Shown: one piece after another, positions 19,965-28,834 of the stretch | Position numbering within the stretch: position 1 is the first letter of the stretch | How the letters are laid out: each line of letters opens with the position of its first letter | Source of the DNA: Actinomycetales bacterium | GTDB taxonomy: Bacteria; Actinomycetota; Actinomycetes; Actinomycetales; CAVURS01 | NCBI GenBank assembly: GCA_045807245.1 | Contig: JBJMHS010000027.1 | Span: 1 to 64,000 of the forward strand | DNA length: 64,000 nucleotides | Direction: 5' to 3' | Made by a program: the position numbers and the translations under genes | Notes under the pieces: model-generated | Told to the model about the DNA's origin: nothing | The model's input: only the letters and a program-made list of their open reading frames with translations | Databases searched by the model: none

Positions 19965-21548
19965 TTGAGCAGCGAGACATCCGAACCGGTCGCAGTCATC
20001 GGGGCCGGGACCATGGGGGCCGGCATCGCACAGGTCGCCGCGCTGGCCGGGCACGCAGTGCAGGTGCACGACATCCGACCCGGGGCCGCCGAGCAGGCCG
20101 TCCGGACCGCGGTCGACGGGATCCGCCGGCTGGCCAAGCGCGACCTCCTCTCGCCGGCTGACGCGGACGCGGCCGCCCGCCGCCTGCGCGCCGGGGGAGA
20201 GCTGGGCGAGCTGGCCCGGTGCATGCTCGTCGTCGAGGCCATCGCGGAGGACTTCGCCGCCAAGCGTGCCCTGCTGCGCGCGGTGGAGGAGGTGGTCAGC
20301 GACGACGCCCTGATCGCCACGAACACGTCCTCCCTCTCCGTGACCGCACTCGGAGGTGAGCTGGCCCGGCCCGAGCGGCTGGTCGGCCTGCACTTCTTCA
20401 ACCCGGCGTACCGGATGAAGCTCGTCGAGGTGGTGCGCGGCGAGATGAGCGGACCGGCGTACGTCGAGCTGGCGACCAACCTGATGCGGTCCTGGGGGAA
20501 GACGCCGGTGCTGTGCTCCTCGACTCCGGGGTTCGTCGTGAACCGGGTGGCCCGGCCGTTCTACGGCGAGGCGCAGCGACTCGTGGAGGACCGGGTGACC
20601 GACCCGGCCACCGTCGACGCCGTGCTCCGCGAGGGCGGCGGCTTCCCGCTCGGGCCGCTCGAGCTGTCCGACCTCATCGGCCAGGACGTGAACCTCGCTG
20701 TCGCGAGGTCGGTGTGGGAACAGACCTTCCACGACCCCCGGTACGCGCCGACGGTGTGGCAGCAGGGGCTGGTCGACGCGGGCCGCCTGGGCCGCAAGAC
20801 CGGCCGGGGGGTCTATCTGTACGACGTCTCCGGCGGGCACGCTGCCGCGACGGTCGCGCTGGACCCGCAGACGGGCGCGCCGGTCGCGCCATGGACCGCA
20901 CCGCACCATCTGGCACCGGCTTTCGTGGTCTACACCGAGGGCTGGAACGTCTTGGCGCCGCTGATCGCTCGCGCGCAGGCGGGCGGCGTCAAGGTGCTGG
21001 ACGAGCAGCCGCCCGGCGAGCAGGCCCGGGCGGACGACAGCTGCACCGAGGGGGGCGGGGTCCGGCTGCCGTCGGGTGGGCGCCTGCTCGAGACCACCGG
21101 CCGGACTGCGGCGAGCATCGGCCGCGACGTGGTGGTCCTGGACTGGGTCGGCGACGCCGAGACGGCGAGCCGGGTGGCGCTCGCCTCTGCACCCGGCGCT
21201 CGACCCGACACGGTCGCCCAGGCCATCGGGTTCGTGCAGGCCGCCGGGCTCGAGGTGAGCGTCGTGGACGACAGCCCGGGCCTGGTCGTGGCCCGCACCG
21301 TGGCGATGCTCGTCAACGAGGCGGCGGACGTGGTGCATCGCGGGGAGGCCGGCGCGGCGGACGTGGACGTGGCGATGCAGCTGGGTACGGCGTATCCGCG
21401 CGGTCCGCTGGCGTGGGGCGACGCGATCGGCCCGGCCCGCCTGGCCCGCGTGCTGCGCGCTCTGCACGAGGCGGTGCCCACCGGGCGGTACCGGGTCGGG
21501 CGCGGGCTCGAGCTCTCCGCCGAACGCGGCCGGATGCTCCATGACTGA
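19965..21548 (+). CDS. paaH: 3-hydroxyacyl-CoA dehydrogenase PaaH
   Basis: VIGAGTMGAGIA, TNTSS, GLHFFNP, PGFVVNR; duplicated C-terminal domain; paa context. Confidence 0.88.
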   Translation: MSSETSEPVAVIGAGTMGAGIAQVAALAGHAVQVHDIRPGAAEQAVRTAVDGIRRLAKRDLLSPADADAAARRLRAGGELGELARCMLVVEAIAEDFAAKRALLRAVEEVVSDDALIATNTSSLSVTALGGELARPERLVGLHFFNPAYRMKLVEVVRGEMSGPAYVELATNLMRSWGKTPVLCSSTPGFVVNRVARPFYGEAQRLVEDRVTDPATVDAVLREGGGFPLGPLELSDLIGQDVNLAVARSVWEQTFHDPRYAPTVWQQGLVDAGRLGRKTGRGVYLYDVSGGHAAATVALDPQTGAPVAPWTAPHHLAPAFVVYTEGWNVLAPLIARAQAGGVKVLDEQPPGEQARADDSCTEGGGVRLPSGGRLLETTGRTAASIGRDVVVLDWVGDAETASRVALASAPGARPDTVAQAIGFVQAAGLEVSVVDDSPGLVVARTVAMLVNEAADVVHRGEAGAADVDVAMQLGTAYPRGPLAWGDAIGPARLARVLRALHEAVPTGRYRVGRGLELSAERGRMLHD

Positions 21549-21966
21549 GCCGGTGGGCGGCGACCCGGGCCTCGAGGCCGCCCGGGCCATGTGGGCGGCG
21601 GACCGGGCCAGCAAGGGCCTGGGGATGGAGCTGGTCACGCTCCAGCCGGGCCGGGCCGTCGTCCGGATGGCCGTGCGTGCGGAGATGGTCAACGGCCACG
21701 ACATGGCGCACGGCGGCTTCGTGTTCGCGCTGGCCGACTCGGCCTTCGCGCTGGCCTGCAACAGCCACGGCCCGGTGACGGTGGCCGCCGGTTGCGACAT
21801 CACCTTCGTCCGCTCGGCCAAGCTGGGCGACGTGCTGGTGGCCGAGGCGGTCGAGCGGGTGGTCTTCGGTCGTTCCGGGCTGACCGACGTGACGGTCCGG
21901 GCCGGGACGGCGGGCGACGTCGTGGCCGAGTTCCGCGGTCGTTCGCGCACTGTCGGGCGCGGCTGA
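21541..21966 (+). CDS. paaI: Phenylacetyl-CoA thioesterase PaaI
   Basis: MVNGHDMAHGGFVFALADSAFALACN hot-dog motif. Confidence 0.92.
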   Translation: MTEPVGGDPGLEAARAMWAADRASKGLGMELVTLQPGRAVVRMAVRAEMVNGHDMAHGGFVFALADSAFALACNSHGPVTVAAGCDITFVRSAKLGDVLVAEAVERVVFGRSGLTDVTVRAGTAGDVVAEFRGRSRTVGRG

Positions 21967-21977
21967 CGCGTGGTCTG

Positions 21978-23300
21978 ATGGCCGACGTGAGCGGGCTCCC
22001 CGTCATCGACGACCGCCCCGACCTGTACGACGAGGCGGAGCGCTGGTCGGTCGACGAGCTCCGGGGCCACCAGCTCGCTCGTCTGCGGGAGACCGTGCAC
22101 TCGGCGTACCAGAACGTCGGTCACTATCGGAAAGCGTTCGAGGACATGGGATTCCATCCCTCAGACCTGCGATCGCTCGACGACCTCCGGCACCTCCCGT
22201 TCACGGCCAAGGCTGACCTGCGCGACAACTACCCCTTCGGGATGTTCGCCGTGCCGCGTGAGCGGGTCGTGCGGGTGCACGCGTCGTCCGGGACGACCGG
22301 GCGGCCGACCGTGGTGGGGTACACGGCGCAGGACATCGCGACGTGGGGTGGCCTGATGGCCCGCTCGATCCGCGCCGCCGGCGGTCGCCCGGGCGACATC
22401 GTGCACGTGGCCTACGGGTACGGGCTGTTCACCGGCGGTCTGGGCGCGCACTACGGCGCCGAGGCGCTCGGGTGCACCGTGGTCCCGGTGTCGGGCGGCA
22501 TGACCGAGCGTCAGGCGCAGCTCATCAACGACTTCCGGCCGCGCGTGATCATGGTGACGCCGTCGTACTTCTTGTCGGTGCTGGACGAGATGGAGCGGGC
22601 CGGGCTCGACGTCGCCGACTCGTCGCTGGAGATCGGCATCTTCGGCGCCGAACCGTGGACCGAGGCCATGCGGGCCGAGATCGAGGGCCGGGCCCGGATG
22701 CATGCCGTGGACGTCTACGGCCTGTCCGAGGTCATGGGGCCTGGCGTCGCGCAGGAGTGCGTCGAGACCAAGGACGGCCTGCACGTCTGGGAGGACCACT
22801 TCTACCCCGAGGTCGTCGATCCGATGACCGGGGCGCCGGTGGCCGACGGCGAGGCCGGCGAGCTGGTGTTCACGTCGCTGACCAAGCAGGCGATGCCGGT
22901 CGTGCGGTACCGGACGCGGGACCTGACCCGGCTGCTCCCCGGAACGGCGCGGCCCGGCATGCGACGGATGGAGAAGGTCACCGGCCGCACCGACGACATG
23001 ATGATCGTGCGCGGCGTCAACGTGTTCCCGACCCAGGTCGAGGAGATCGTGCTCGCCCTGCCCGGGCTGACGCCGTACTTCCAGTGCGTGCTGACCCGGC
23101 CGGGCCGGCTGGACGAGCTGGAGATCGTGGCCGAGGCCGCGGTGGACGCCGACTCCTCGTCGTACGACACCCTGGCCCGCGAGCTGGCCGGCCGGGTCAA
23201 GGAGCGGATCGGCGTGACGGCTGCCGTCCGCGTCGTCCCCCCGGGCGGGATCGAGCGATCGGTCGGCAAGGCCCGCCGGATCGTCGACCGCCGCGCCTGA
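21978..23300 (+). CDS. paaK: Phenylacetate-CoA ligase
   Basis: HASSGTTG, YGYGLFTGGLG, YGLSEVMGPG, RGVNVFP. Confidence 0.95.
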   Translation: MADVSGLPVIDDRPDLYDEAERWSVDELRGHQLARLRETVHSAYQNVGHYRKAFEDMGFHPSDLRSLDDLRHLPFTAKADLRDNYPFGMFAVPRERVVRVHASSGTTGRPTVVGYTAQDIATWGGLMARSIRAAGGRPGDIVHVAYGYGLFTGGLGAHYGAEALGCTVVPVSGGMTERQAQLINDFRPRVIMVTPSYFLSVLDEMERAGLDVADSSLEIGIFGAEPWTEAMRAEIEGRARMHAVDVYGLSEVMGPGVAQECVETKDGLHVWEDHFYPEVVDPMTGAPVADGEAGELVFTSLTKQAMPVVRYRTRDLTRLLPGTARPGMRRMEKVTGRTDDMMIVRGVNVFPTQVEEIVLALPGLTPYFQCVLTRPGRLDELEIVAEAAVDADSSSYDTLARELAGRVKERIGVTAAVRVVPPGGIERSVGKARRIVDRRA

Positions 23301-23301
23301 G

Positions 23302-23406
23302 GTACCCCGCCAAAGCCGGTTTACCCCCCGAAAGCCGCTTCGGGGCGGCGGATCTGGCGCCGGCGGCGGCTTTCGGGGGGTAAACCGGCAGTCAAGGGGT
23401 ACGACG
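23302..23406. repeat. Palindromic REP/MITE-like element, copy 1
   Basis: Perfect 24-bp inverted repeat gccggtttaccccccgaaagccgc (23315-23338 / 23366-23389) inside outer gtacccc/ggggtac. Confidence 0.85.
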
Positions 23407-23787
23407 CGCGCTGGGCTCAGGACTCGGCGGGGCGTCCGTGAGCTGCTGGGCGAGACCGACGATGTGGCCGAGCGGGTCGGCGATCAGGCCGAACGAGACG
23501 CCGGGCACGGTGACGGGCGCCTGGACGACCCGGCCGCCGAGGCGCACGGCCTCCTCCATCGTCGCTTTCATGTCATCCACGCCGACGAAGAAGGTCACCA
23601 GGTCGTCATCGCCCTGCAGCGGGCTGATCGCAGTGAACAGGGCGCCGGGCACCCCGGTCTCGACGAAGGTGTAGCCGGGGTACGCACCCTCGGTCGGGTA
23701 GCTCCAGCCGAAGAGGGCGCCGAAGTAGGCGCGGGTGGCGTCCGGGTCGGCCGATCGGATCTCGGCGTGGACGATGGGATGGTTCAC
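23392..23787 (-). CDS. VOC/glyoxalase family protein
   Basis: GTG after AGGAGG; IVHAEIRS, YFGALFGW, DPLGH. Confidence 0.85.
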   Translation of the reverse strand: MNHPIVHAEIRSADPDATRAYFGALFGWSYPTEGAYPGYTFVETGVPGALFTAISPLQGDDDLVTFFVGVDDMKATMEEAVRLGGRVVQAPVTVPGVSFGLIADPLGHIVGLAQQLTDAPPSPEPSARRTP

Positions 23788-23914
23788 GATGCCTCCTGTG
23801 CCCGGGCCTGCGGTTGCGGCCTCTGTCGTGACGACGAGCGGGCCAGGCAGAATCGACAGCCCCCCGCGTCGAACGAGCAGCATATGCCCGATACGTCCGA
23901 ACCCCGTAGACCGA

Positions 23915-24020
23915 CGCCGACCTCCCCAGAGTTCCGTGCCCTCTGGTTGCCGCTCGAGGGGCGCCTGAGGAGCTGACCGAGCGGCTTTCGGGGGGCAAAC
24001 CGGCTTTCGGGGGGCACCCA
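23915..24020. repeat. Palindromic REP/MITE-like element, copy 2 (inverted, one arm degenerate)
   Basis: gcggctttcggggggcaaaccggctttcggggggcaccc at 23981-24019 matches copies 1 and 3. Confidence 0.7.
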
Positions 24021-24070
24021 AGCGGGGTGGGCCGGGCGCCCGGGGTTCGGTGCTTTGCGAGGATGCCGGC

Positions 24071-24559
24071 ATGCCGCATCAGCCGTACCGGGTCTTGTTC
24101 GTGTGCTCGGGCAACATCTGCCGGTCCCCGATGGCCGAGGTGGTCACCAGGGCGCTGCTGGCCGACGCCGGACTGAGCGACCAGGTCGAGGTGGACAGCG
24201 CCGGCACGGGCGGCTGGCACGCGGGCGAGGGCGCGGACCGGCGTACCGTGCGCGCGCTCGCCGACCACAGGTACGACGGCAGTAGCCACCGGGCGCGCGA
24301 GTTCGACCCGGACTGGTACGCCGACCGCGACCTAATCCTGGTCGCCGACCAGGGTCACGCCGACCAGCTGCGCGCCTGGGCGCCGAACGAGGCCGCGCGC
24401 GACAAGATCCGGCTGCTGCGCTCGTTCGACCCCGAGGCCGTGGCGGCCGGCACCGAGGAGATCGACGACCCGTGGTACGGCGAGGCCCACGACTTCGAGC
24501 GCTGCCTCACCGAGGTCGAGCAGGCCTGCACCGGCCTGGTGAAGTGGCTGTCCAGATAG
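24071..24559 (+). CDS. Low molecular weight protein-tyrosine phosphatase
   Basis: VCSGNICRSPMAE, IDDPWYG. Confidence 0.95.
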   Translation: MPHQPYRVLFVCSGNICRSPMAEVVTRALLADAGLSDQVEVDSAGTGGWHAGEGADRRTVRALADHRYDGSSHRAREFDPDWYADRDLILVADQGHADQLRAWAPNEAARDKIRLLRSFDPEAVAAGTEEIDDPWYGEAHDFERCLTEVEQACTGLVKWLSR

Positions 24560-24569
24560 CGTTTCCGGC

Positions 24570-25625
24570 ATGCGCATCCTCGTGACCGGCGGCGCCGGGT
24601 ACATCGGCAGCCACACGGTCGTGCTGCTCCTGGAGGCCGGTCACGAGGTCGTCGTCGTCGACAACCTGACGAACTCCAGCCCGGAGAGCCTGCGCCGCGT
24701 CGCGGACCTCACCGGCCGGGAGGCGCCGCTGGAGGAGATCGACCTGCAGGACGCGCCCGCCCTGGACAAGGTGTTCGGCTCGGCGTTCAACGGCCGCGGC
24801 GTGGACGCCGTCATCCACTTCGCCGGGCTCAAGGCCGTCGGGGAGTCGGTCGAGCTGCCTCTGCGCTACTACGCGAACAACATCACGGGCACCCTGGTGC
24901 TGCTGCAGGCGATGCAGCGCGCGCGGGTGCGCACCCTGGTCTTCTCCTCGTCCGCCACGGTCTACGGGGCTCCGGAGCAGATGCCGATCACCGAGGACTT
25001 CCCGCTCGGCGCGGTGAACCCCTACGGGCGGACGAAGGAGCACATCGAGGGCATCCTCACCGACCTCGCCGCTTCGACGTCGGGGGCACCGGACGACGCG
25101 TGGCACATCGCGTTGCTGCGGTACTTCAACCCGGTCGGCTCACACGCCTCCGGCCGGATCGGCGAGGACCCGGCCGGCATCCCGAACAACCTCATGCCGT
25201 ACGTCGCCCAGGTCGCCGTGGGGCGCCGGCCCGAGCTGGTCATCAACGGTGACGACTACCCGACTCCGGACGGCACGTGCGTCCGCGACTACGTGCACGT
25301 GGTCGACCTCGCCCGTGGCCATCTGGCCGCTCTGGACGCGCTGCCCGACCGCCCCGGTGCCCGGGCCTGGAACCTCGGCACCGGCCAGGGGTCCTCGGTG
25401 TACGACGTGCTGCATGCGTTCGAGCGTGCGGTCGGCCACGAGCTGCCGCACCGGATCGGGCCACGGCGCCCGGGTGACGCGCCGGTGTCGTACTGCGACC
25501 CTTCGCGGGCCGAGCGCGAGCTGGGCTGGAAGGCCGAGCTGACGCTCGACGACATGTGCGTCGACGCCTGGCGCTGGCAGCAGGCGAACCCTCGAGGCTA
25601 CGACGGGGACTCGTCCGACGCATGA
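24570..25625 (+). CDS. galE: UDP-glucose 4-epimerase
   Basis: GGAGYIGSH, FSSSATVYG, YGRTK, LRYFNP, PNNLMP. Confidence 0.95.
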   Translation: MRILVTGGAGYIGSHTVVLLLEAGHEVVVVDNLTNSSPESLRRVADLTGREAPLEEIDLQDAPALDKVFGSAFNGRGVDAVIHFAGLKAVGESVELPLRYYANNITGTLVLLQAMQRARVRTLVFSSSATVYGAPEQMPITEDFPLGAVNPYGRTKEHIEGILTDLAASTSGAPDDAWHIALLRYFNPVGSHASGRIGEDPAGIPNNLMPYVAQVAVGRRPELVINGDDYPTPDGTCVRDYVHVVDLARGHLAALDALPDRPGARAWNLGTGQGSSVYDVLHAFERAVGHELPHRIGPRRPGDAPVSYCDPSRAERELGWKAELTLDDMCVDAWRWQQANPRGYDGDSSDA

Positions 25626-25644
25626 CGTCTCGCGCCGGAATACC

Positions 25645-26409
25645 ATGAGCAGCAAGGGTTTCGTGAAAAGCCGGGCTGGGGCGCCGGCTGGGTTCTATGG
25701 CGTCGAGGCGGCCGGACTGTCCTGGTTGGCGGAGGTGCCGGAGGGCGCGCGCGTCGTCCGGGTGATCGAGGTCTCCGACGAGTCGATGACGGTCGAGCGG
25801 GTCAAAGAGAGCGCGCCGACGCATGCGGCGGCTGTGGCACTGGGACGCGGGTTGGCCCGGACGCACGCGGCCGGAGCGTCGGCGTACGGCGTGCCACCCG
25901 GCACGTGGGTGGGCAACGGGTTCATCGGTCCGCTTCCGTTGACCCACCGGGCTTGTGGGTCGTTCGGCGAGTTCTTCGGCGAGCTGCGCATCCGGCCGTT
26001 CGTCCGCGAGCTGCGCGACGCAGGGACGATCGACGCAACCGAGAGCGTGCTGTTCGACCGCGTCCGCGAACGGCTCAGCCGCGGCGTCATCGGCGGTCCC
26101 GAGCAACCCCCCAGCCGGATCCACGGCGACCTCTGGAACGGGAACGTGCTCTGGTCGGCCGAGGGAGCCGTGCTCATCGACCCGGCCGCGCACGGCGGGC
26201 ACCGAGAGAGCGACCTGGCCATGCTCGCGCTGTTCGGCCTGCCGTTCCTGGAGCCGCTGCTCGCGGCGTACCACGAGGCCCATCCGCTGGCCGACGGCTG
26301 GCGCAAGCGGGTCGGGCTGCACCAGCTCTACCCGCTGCTCGTGCACGCGGTCCTGTTCGGCCGCGGTTACGCCCAGCGCGCCCTGACCATCGCCGAGTCC
26401 TACTACTGA
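25645..26409 (+). CDS. Fructosamine kinase family protein
   Basis: FVK, EAAGL, IHGDLWNGN, DPA..GHRESDLAM. Confidence 0.9.
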   Translation: MSSKGFVKSRAGAPAGFYGVEAAGLSWLAEVPEGARVVRVIEVSDESMTVERVKESAPTHAAAVALGRGLARTHAAGASAYGVPPGTWVGNGFIGPLPLTHRACGSFGEFFGELRIRPFVRELRDAGTIDATESVLFDRVRERLSRGVIGGPEQPPSRIHGDLWNGNVLWSAEGAVLIDPAAHGGHRESDLAMLALFGLPFLEPLLAAYHEAHPLADGWRKRVGLHQLYPLLVHAVLFGRGYAQRALTIAESYY

Positions 26410-26449
26410 CCCGCACAGCCGGGCCGGGACCGCCCTGTATAACGACGCC

Positions 26450-27397
26450 ATGAGCGAACCGAAGCGGTGGGCCGTGGTCGGCGTGCCGATCGACACCGTG
26501 GGCTCTCCCGACGGCGGCCCCACCTTCGGCACCGAGGCCTCGCCGGGCGCGCTACGCGCGCTCAACCTGGTCACCCGGCTGGGCGCGCGCGACCTCGGGG
26601 ATCTCGACGTGCGGGTCACCGGCAGGCAGCGAGACCCGGTCAGCGGCATCGTGGGCTGGCCCAGTGTCGGCGCCATGACGACCGAAGTGCGGCACGCCGT
26701 ACGGCGGGTGCTCGGCGAGGGGGAGCGGCCCCTGTTGCTCGGGGGGTGCTGCGGGCTCGTGATGGGCGCAGTCGCGGGCGCGCGCGACGAGCTGGGCCGG
26801 GTCGGCGTCGTCACCGTGGACGGCCACGTGGACGCGTACGACCACCGCACCTCGCCGACCGGTGAGGCCGCGGACATGCCGGTCGCGGCGCTGCTCGGCC
26901 TCGGGTGGCCCGACCTGCTGCGCCTCATGGGCACCGAACCCGTTGTGGCCCAGGGAGATGCAGTCGTCATCGGTGCTCGCGACCCGGACGAGGCGGCCGA
27001 CATCGGAGACCTGCCGGAACGGCTCGGCATCATGCAGCAGGACCGCGACACTGTCGTCGCCGACCCGTCGGCAGTCGGCCGGGCCGCGGTCGCGCACTTC
27101 GCTTCGGGCACCGCGACGGCGCCTGCGTACTGGGTGCACCTCGACGTTGACGTGCTCGACGAAGGCGTGTTCCCGGCGACCGACTACCTCATGCCGAACG
27201 GTCTGGACCTCGAGCAGCTGGGCGACGTGCTGCGACCGATCGTGCAGCATCCGGCGATGATCGGGTTCTCGCTCGGCTGCTACAACCCGAGCAAGGACCC
27301 GGACGGCCGGTACGGCGTGCAGCTGGCCGACCTGCTCGTCGACGTGCTCGGGAGCGGAGACCTGTCATCACCCCTCGCACAAGCGCGGGACGAGTAG
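26450..27397 (+). CDS. Arginase/ureohydrolase family protein
   Basis: LLGGCC, VDGHVD, HLDVDVLD, YNP. Confidence 0.85.
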   Translation: MSEPKRWAVVGVPIDTVGSPDGGPTFGTEASPGALRALNLVTRLGARDLGDLDVRVTGRQRDPVSGIVGWPSVGAMTTEVRHAVRRVLGEGERPLLLGGCCGLVMGAVAGARDELGRVGVVTVDGHVDAYDHRTSPTGEAADMPVAALLGLGWPDLLRLMGTEPVVAQGDAVVIGARDPDEAADIGDLPERLGIMQQDRDTVVADPSAVGRAAVAHFASGTATAPAYWVHLDVDVLDEGVFPATDYLMPNGLDLEQLGDVLRPIVQHPAMIGFSLGCYNPSKDPDGRYGVQLADLLVDVLGSGDLSSPLAQARDE

Positions 27398-27427
27398 CCG
27401 GTCGCCTGGCCTGGCACGATGGAACCC

Positions 27428-28834
27428 GTGCCGCAACCTCTCTCCGCCGCCGAGCCGCCGTTCGCCCTGGGCCCGCTCGACGGCCGGTACCGCGCGGCGG
27501 TGTCGCCTTTGGTCGACCACTTGTCCGAGGCCGCGCTCAACCGGGAGCGGGTGCGGGTCGAGGTGGCCTGGTTGCTGCACCTGGTCGACCATCGGGTAGT
27601 GCCCGGGGTCCGTGAGCTCACCGGTCCGGAGCACGAGCAGCTCCAAGCGGTGGCGGACGGTTTCGGTCCGGCCGACGTCGGGCGCCTCGCGGCGTACGAG
27701 CGGGAGACCGCACACGACGTGAAGGCCGTCGAGTACTTCCTCAAGCAGGCCCTGGCCGGCACGACGCTCGAGGATCTCAGCGAGCTGGTGCACTTCTGCT
27801 GCACCAGCGAGGACATCAACAACCTGGCGTACGCCCTGATGGTCCGCGGCGCGGTCCGCGACGTCTGGCTGCCCGCGGCCACGGCCGTGGCGGACGACCT
27901 GGCCGCGCTGGCCCGCGCCCACCGTGACCTCCCGATGCTGGCGCACACGCACGGCCAGCCCGCGACTCCCACCACCCTGGGCAAGGAGCTGGCCGTCATG
28001 GCCCAGCGGCTGCGCCGACAGCTGCGCCGGGTCGACGGCGCCGAGTTCCTGGGCAAGCTCAACGGCGCGACCGGCACGTTCGGCGCTCACGTTGCGGCTG
28101 TGCCCGATGCCGACTGGCCCGCGATCTCGCGCGAGTTCGTGGAAAGCCTTGGCCTCCAATGGAACCCGCTCACGACGCAGATCGAGTCACACGACTGGCA
28201 GGCGGAGCTGTACGCCGACGTCGCGCGGTTCAACCGCATCTTGCACAACGTCTGCACGGACGTCTGGACGTACATCTCGCTGGGCTACTTCGCACAGCAG
28301 CTGGGCGCGCACGGGTCCACCGGCTCCTCGACGATGCCGCACAAGGTGAACCCGATCCGGTTCGAGAACGCCGAGGCCAACCTCGAGGTCTCGTCGGCCC
28401 TGCTCGACGTCCTGGGCTCGACCCTGGTGACCTCGCGGCTGCAACGCGACCTCAGCGACTCCTCGATGCAGCGAACCATCGGTACGGCGTTCGGCCACTC
28501 ATTGTTGTCGATAGACAATGTACGACGCGGCCTGGCCGGACTCGAGGTCGACCGCACCGCGCTCGATCGGGACCTCGACCAGGCTTGGGAGGTGCTCGGG
28601 GAGCCGATCCAGTCGGCCATGAGAGCGCTTGCGGCGCAGGGCTACCCGGGCATGCAGGCTCCGTACGAGAGGCTCAAGGAGCTCACCCGCGGTCGCCGGG
28701 TGGACGCCGCGGCGATGCACGAGTTCATCGCCAGCCTGAACCTGCCCGCCGACGTGGAGAAGCGCCTGCAGGAGCTCACGCCCTCGTCGTACACCGGTCT
28801 CGCCTCGCGACTGGTCGACGAGCTCGATGCCTAG
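27428..28834 (+). CDS. purB: Adenylosuccinate lyase
   Basis: LDGRY, HDVKAVEY, THGQPA, GSSTMPHKVNP. Confidence 0.95.
   Translation: MPQPLSAAEPPFALGPLDGRYRAAVSPLVDHLSEAALNRERVRVEVAWLLHLVDHRVVPGVRELTGPEHEQLQAVADGFGPADVGRLAAYERETAHDVKAVEYFLKQALAGTTLEDLSELVHFCCTSEDINNLAYALMVRGAVRDVWLPAATAVADDLAALARAHRDLPMLAHTHGQPATPTTLGKELAVMAQRLRRQLRRVDGAEFLGKLNGATGTFGAHVAAVPDADWPAISREFVESLGLQWNPLTTQIESHDWQAELYADVARFNRILHNVCTDVWTYISLGYFAQQLGAHGSTGSSTMPHKVNPIRFENAEANLEVSSALLDVLGSTLVTSRLQRDLSDSSMQRTIGTAFGHSLLSIDNVRRGLAGLEVDRTALDRDLDQAWEVLGEPIQSAMRALAAQGYPGMQAPYERLKELTRGRRVDAAAMHEFIASLNLPADVEKRLQELTPSSYTGLASRLVDELDA

Noticed and set aside
23302..24020. Repeats as a CRISPR array
   Set aside because: Inverted, dispersed and not regularly spaced; no cas genes. 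The 10-bp triple repeat at 30764 is also far too short.
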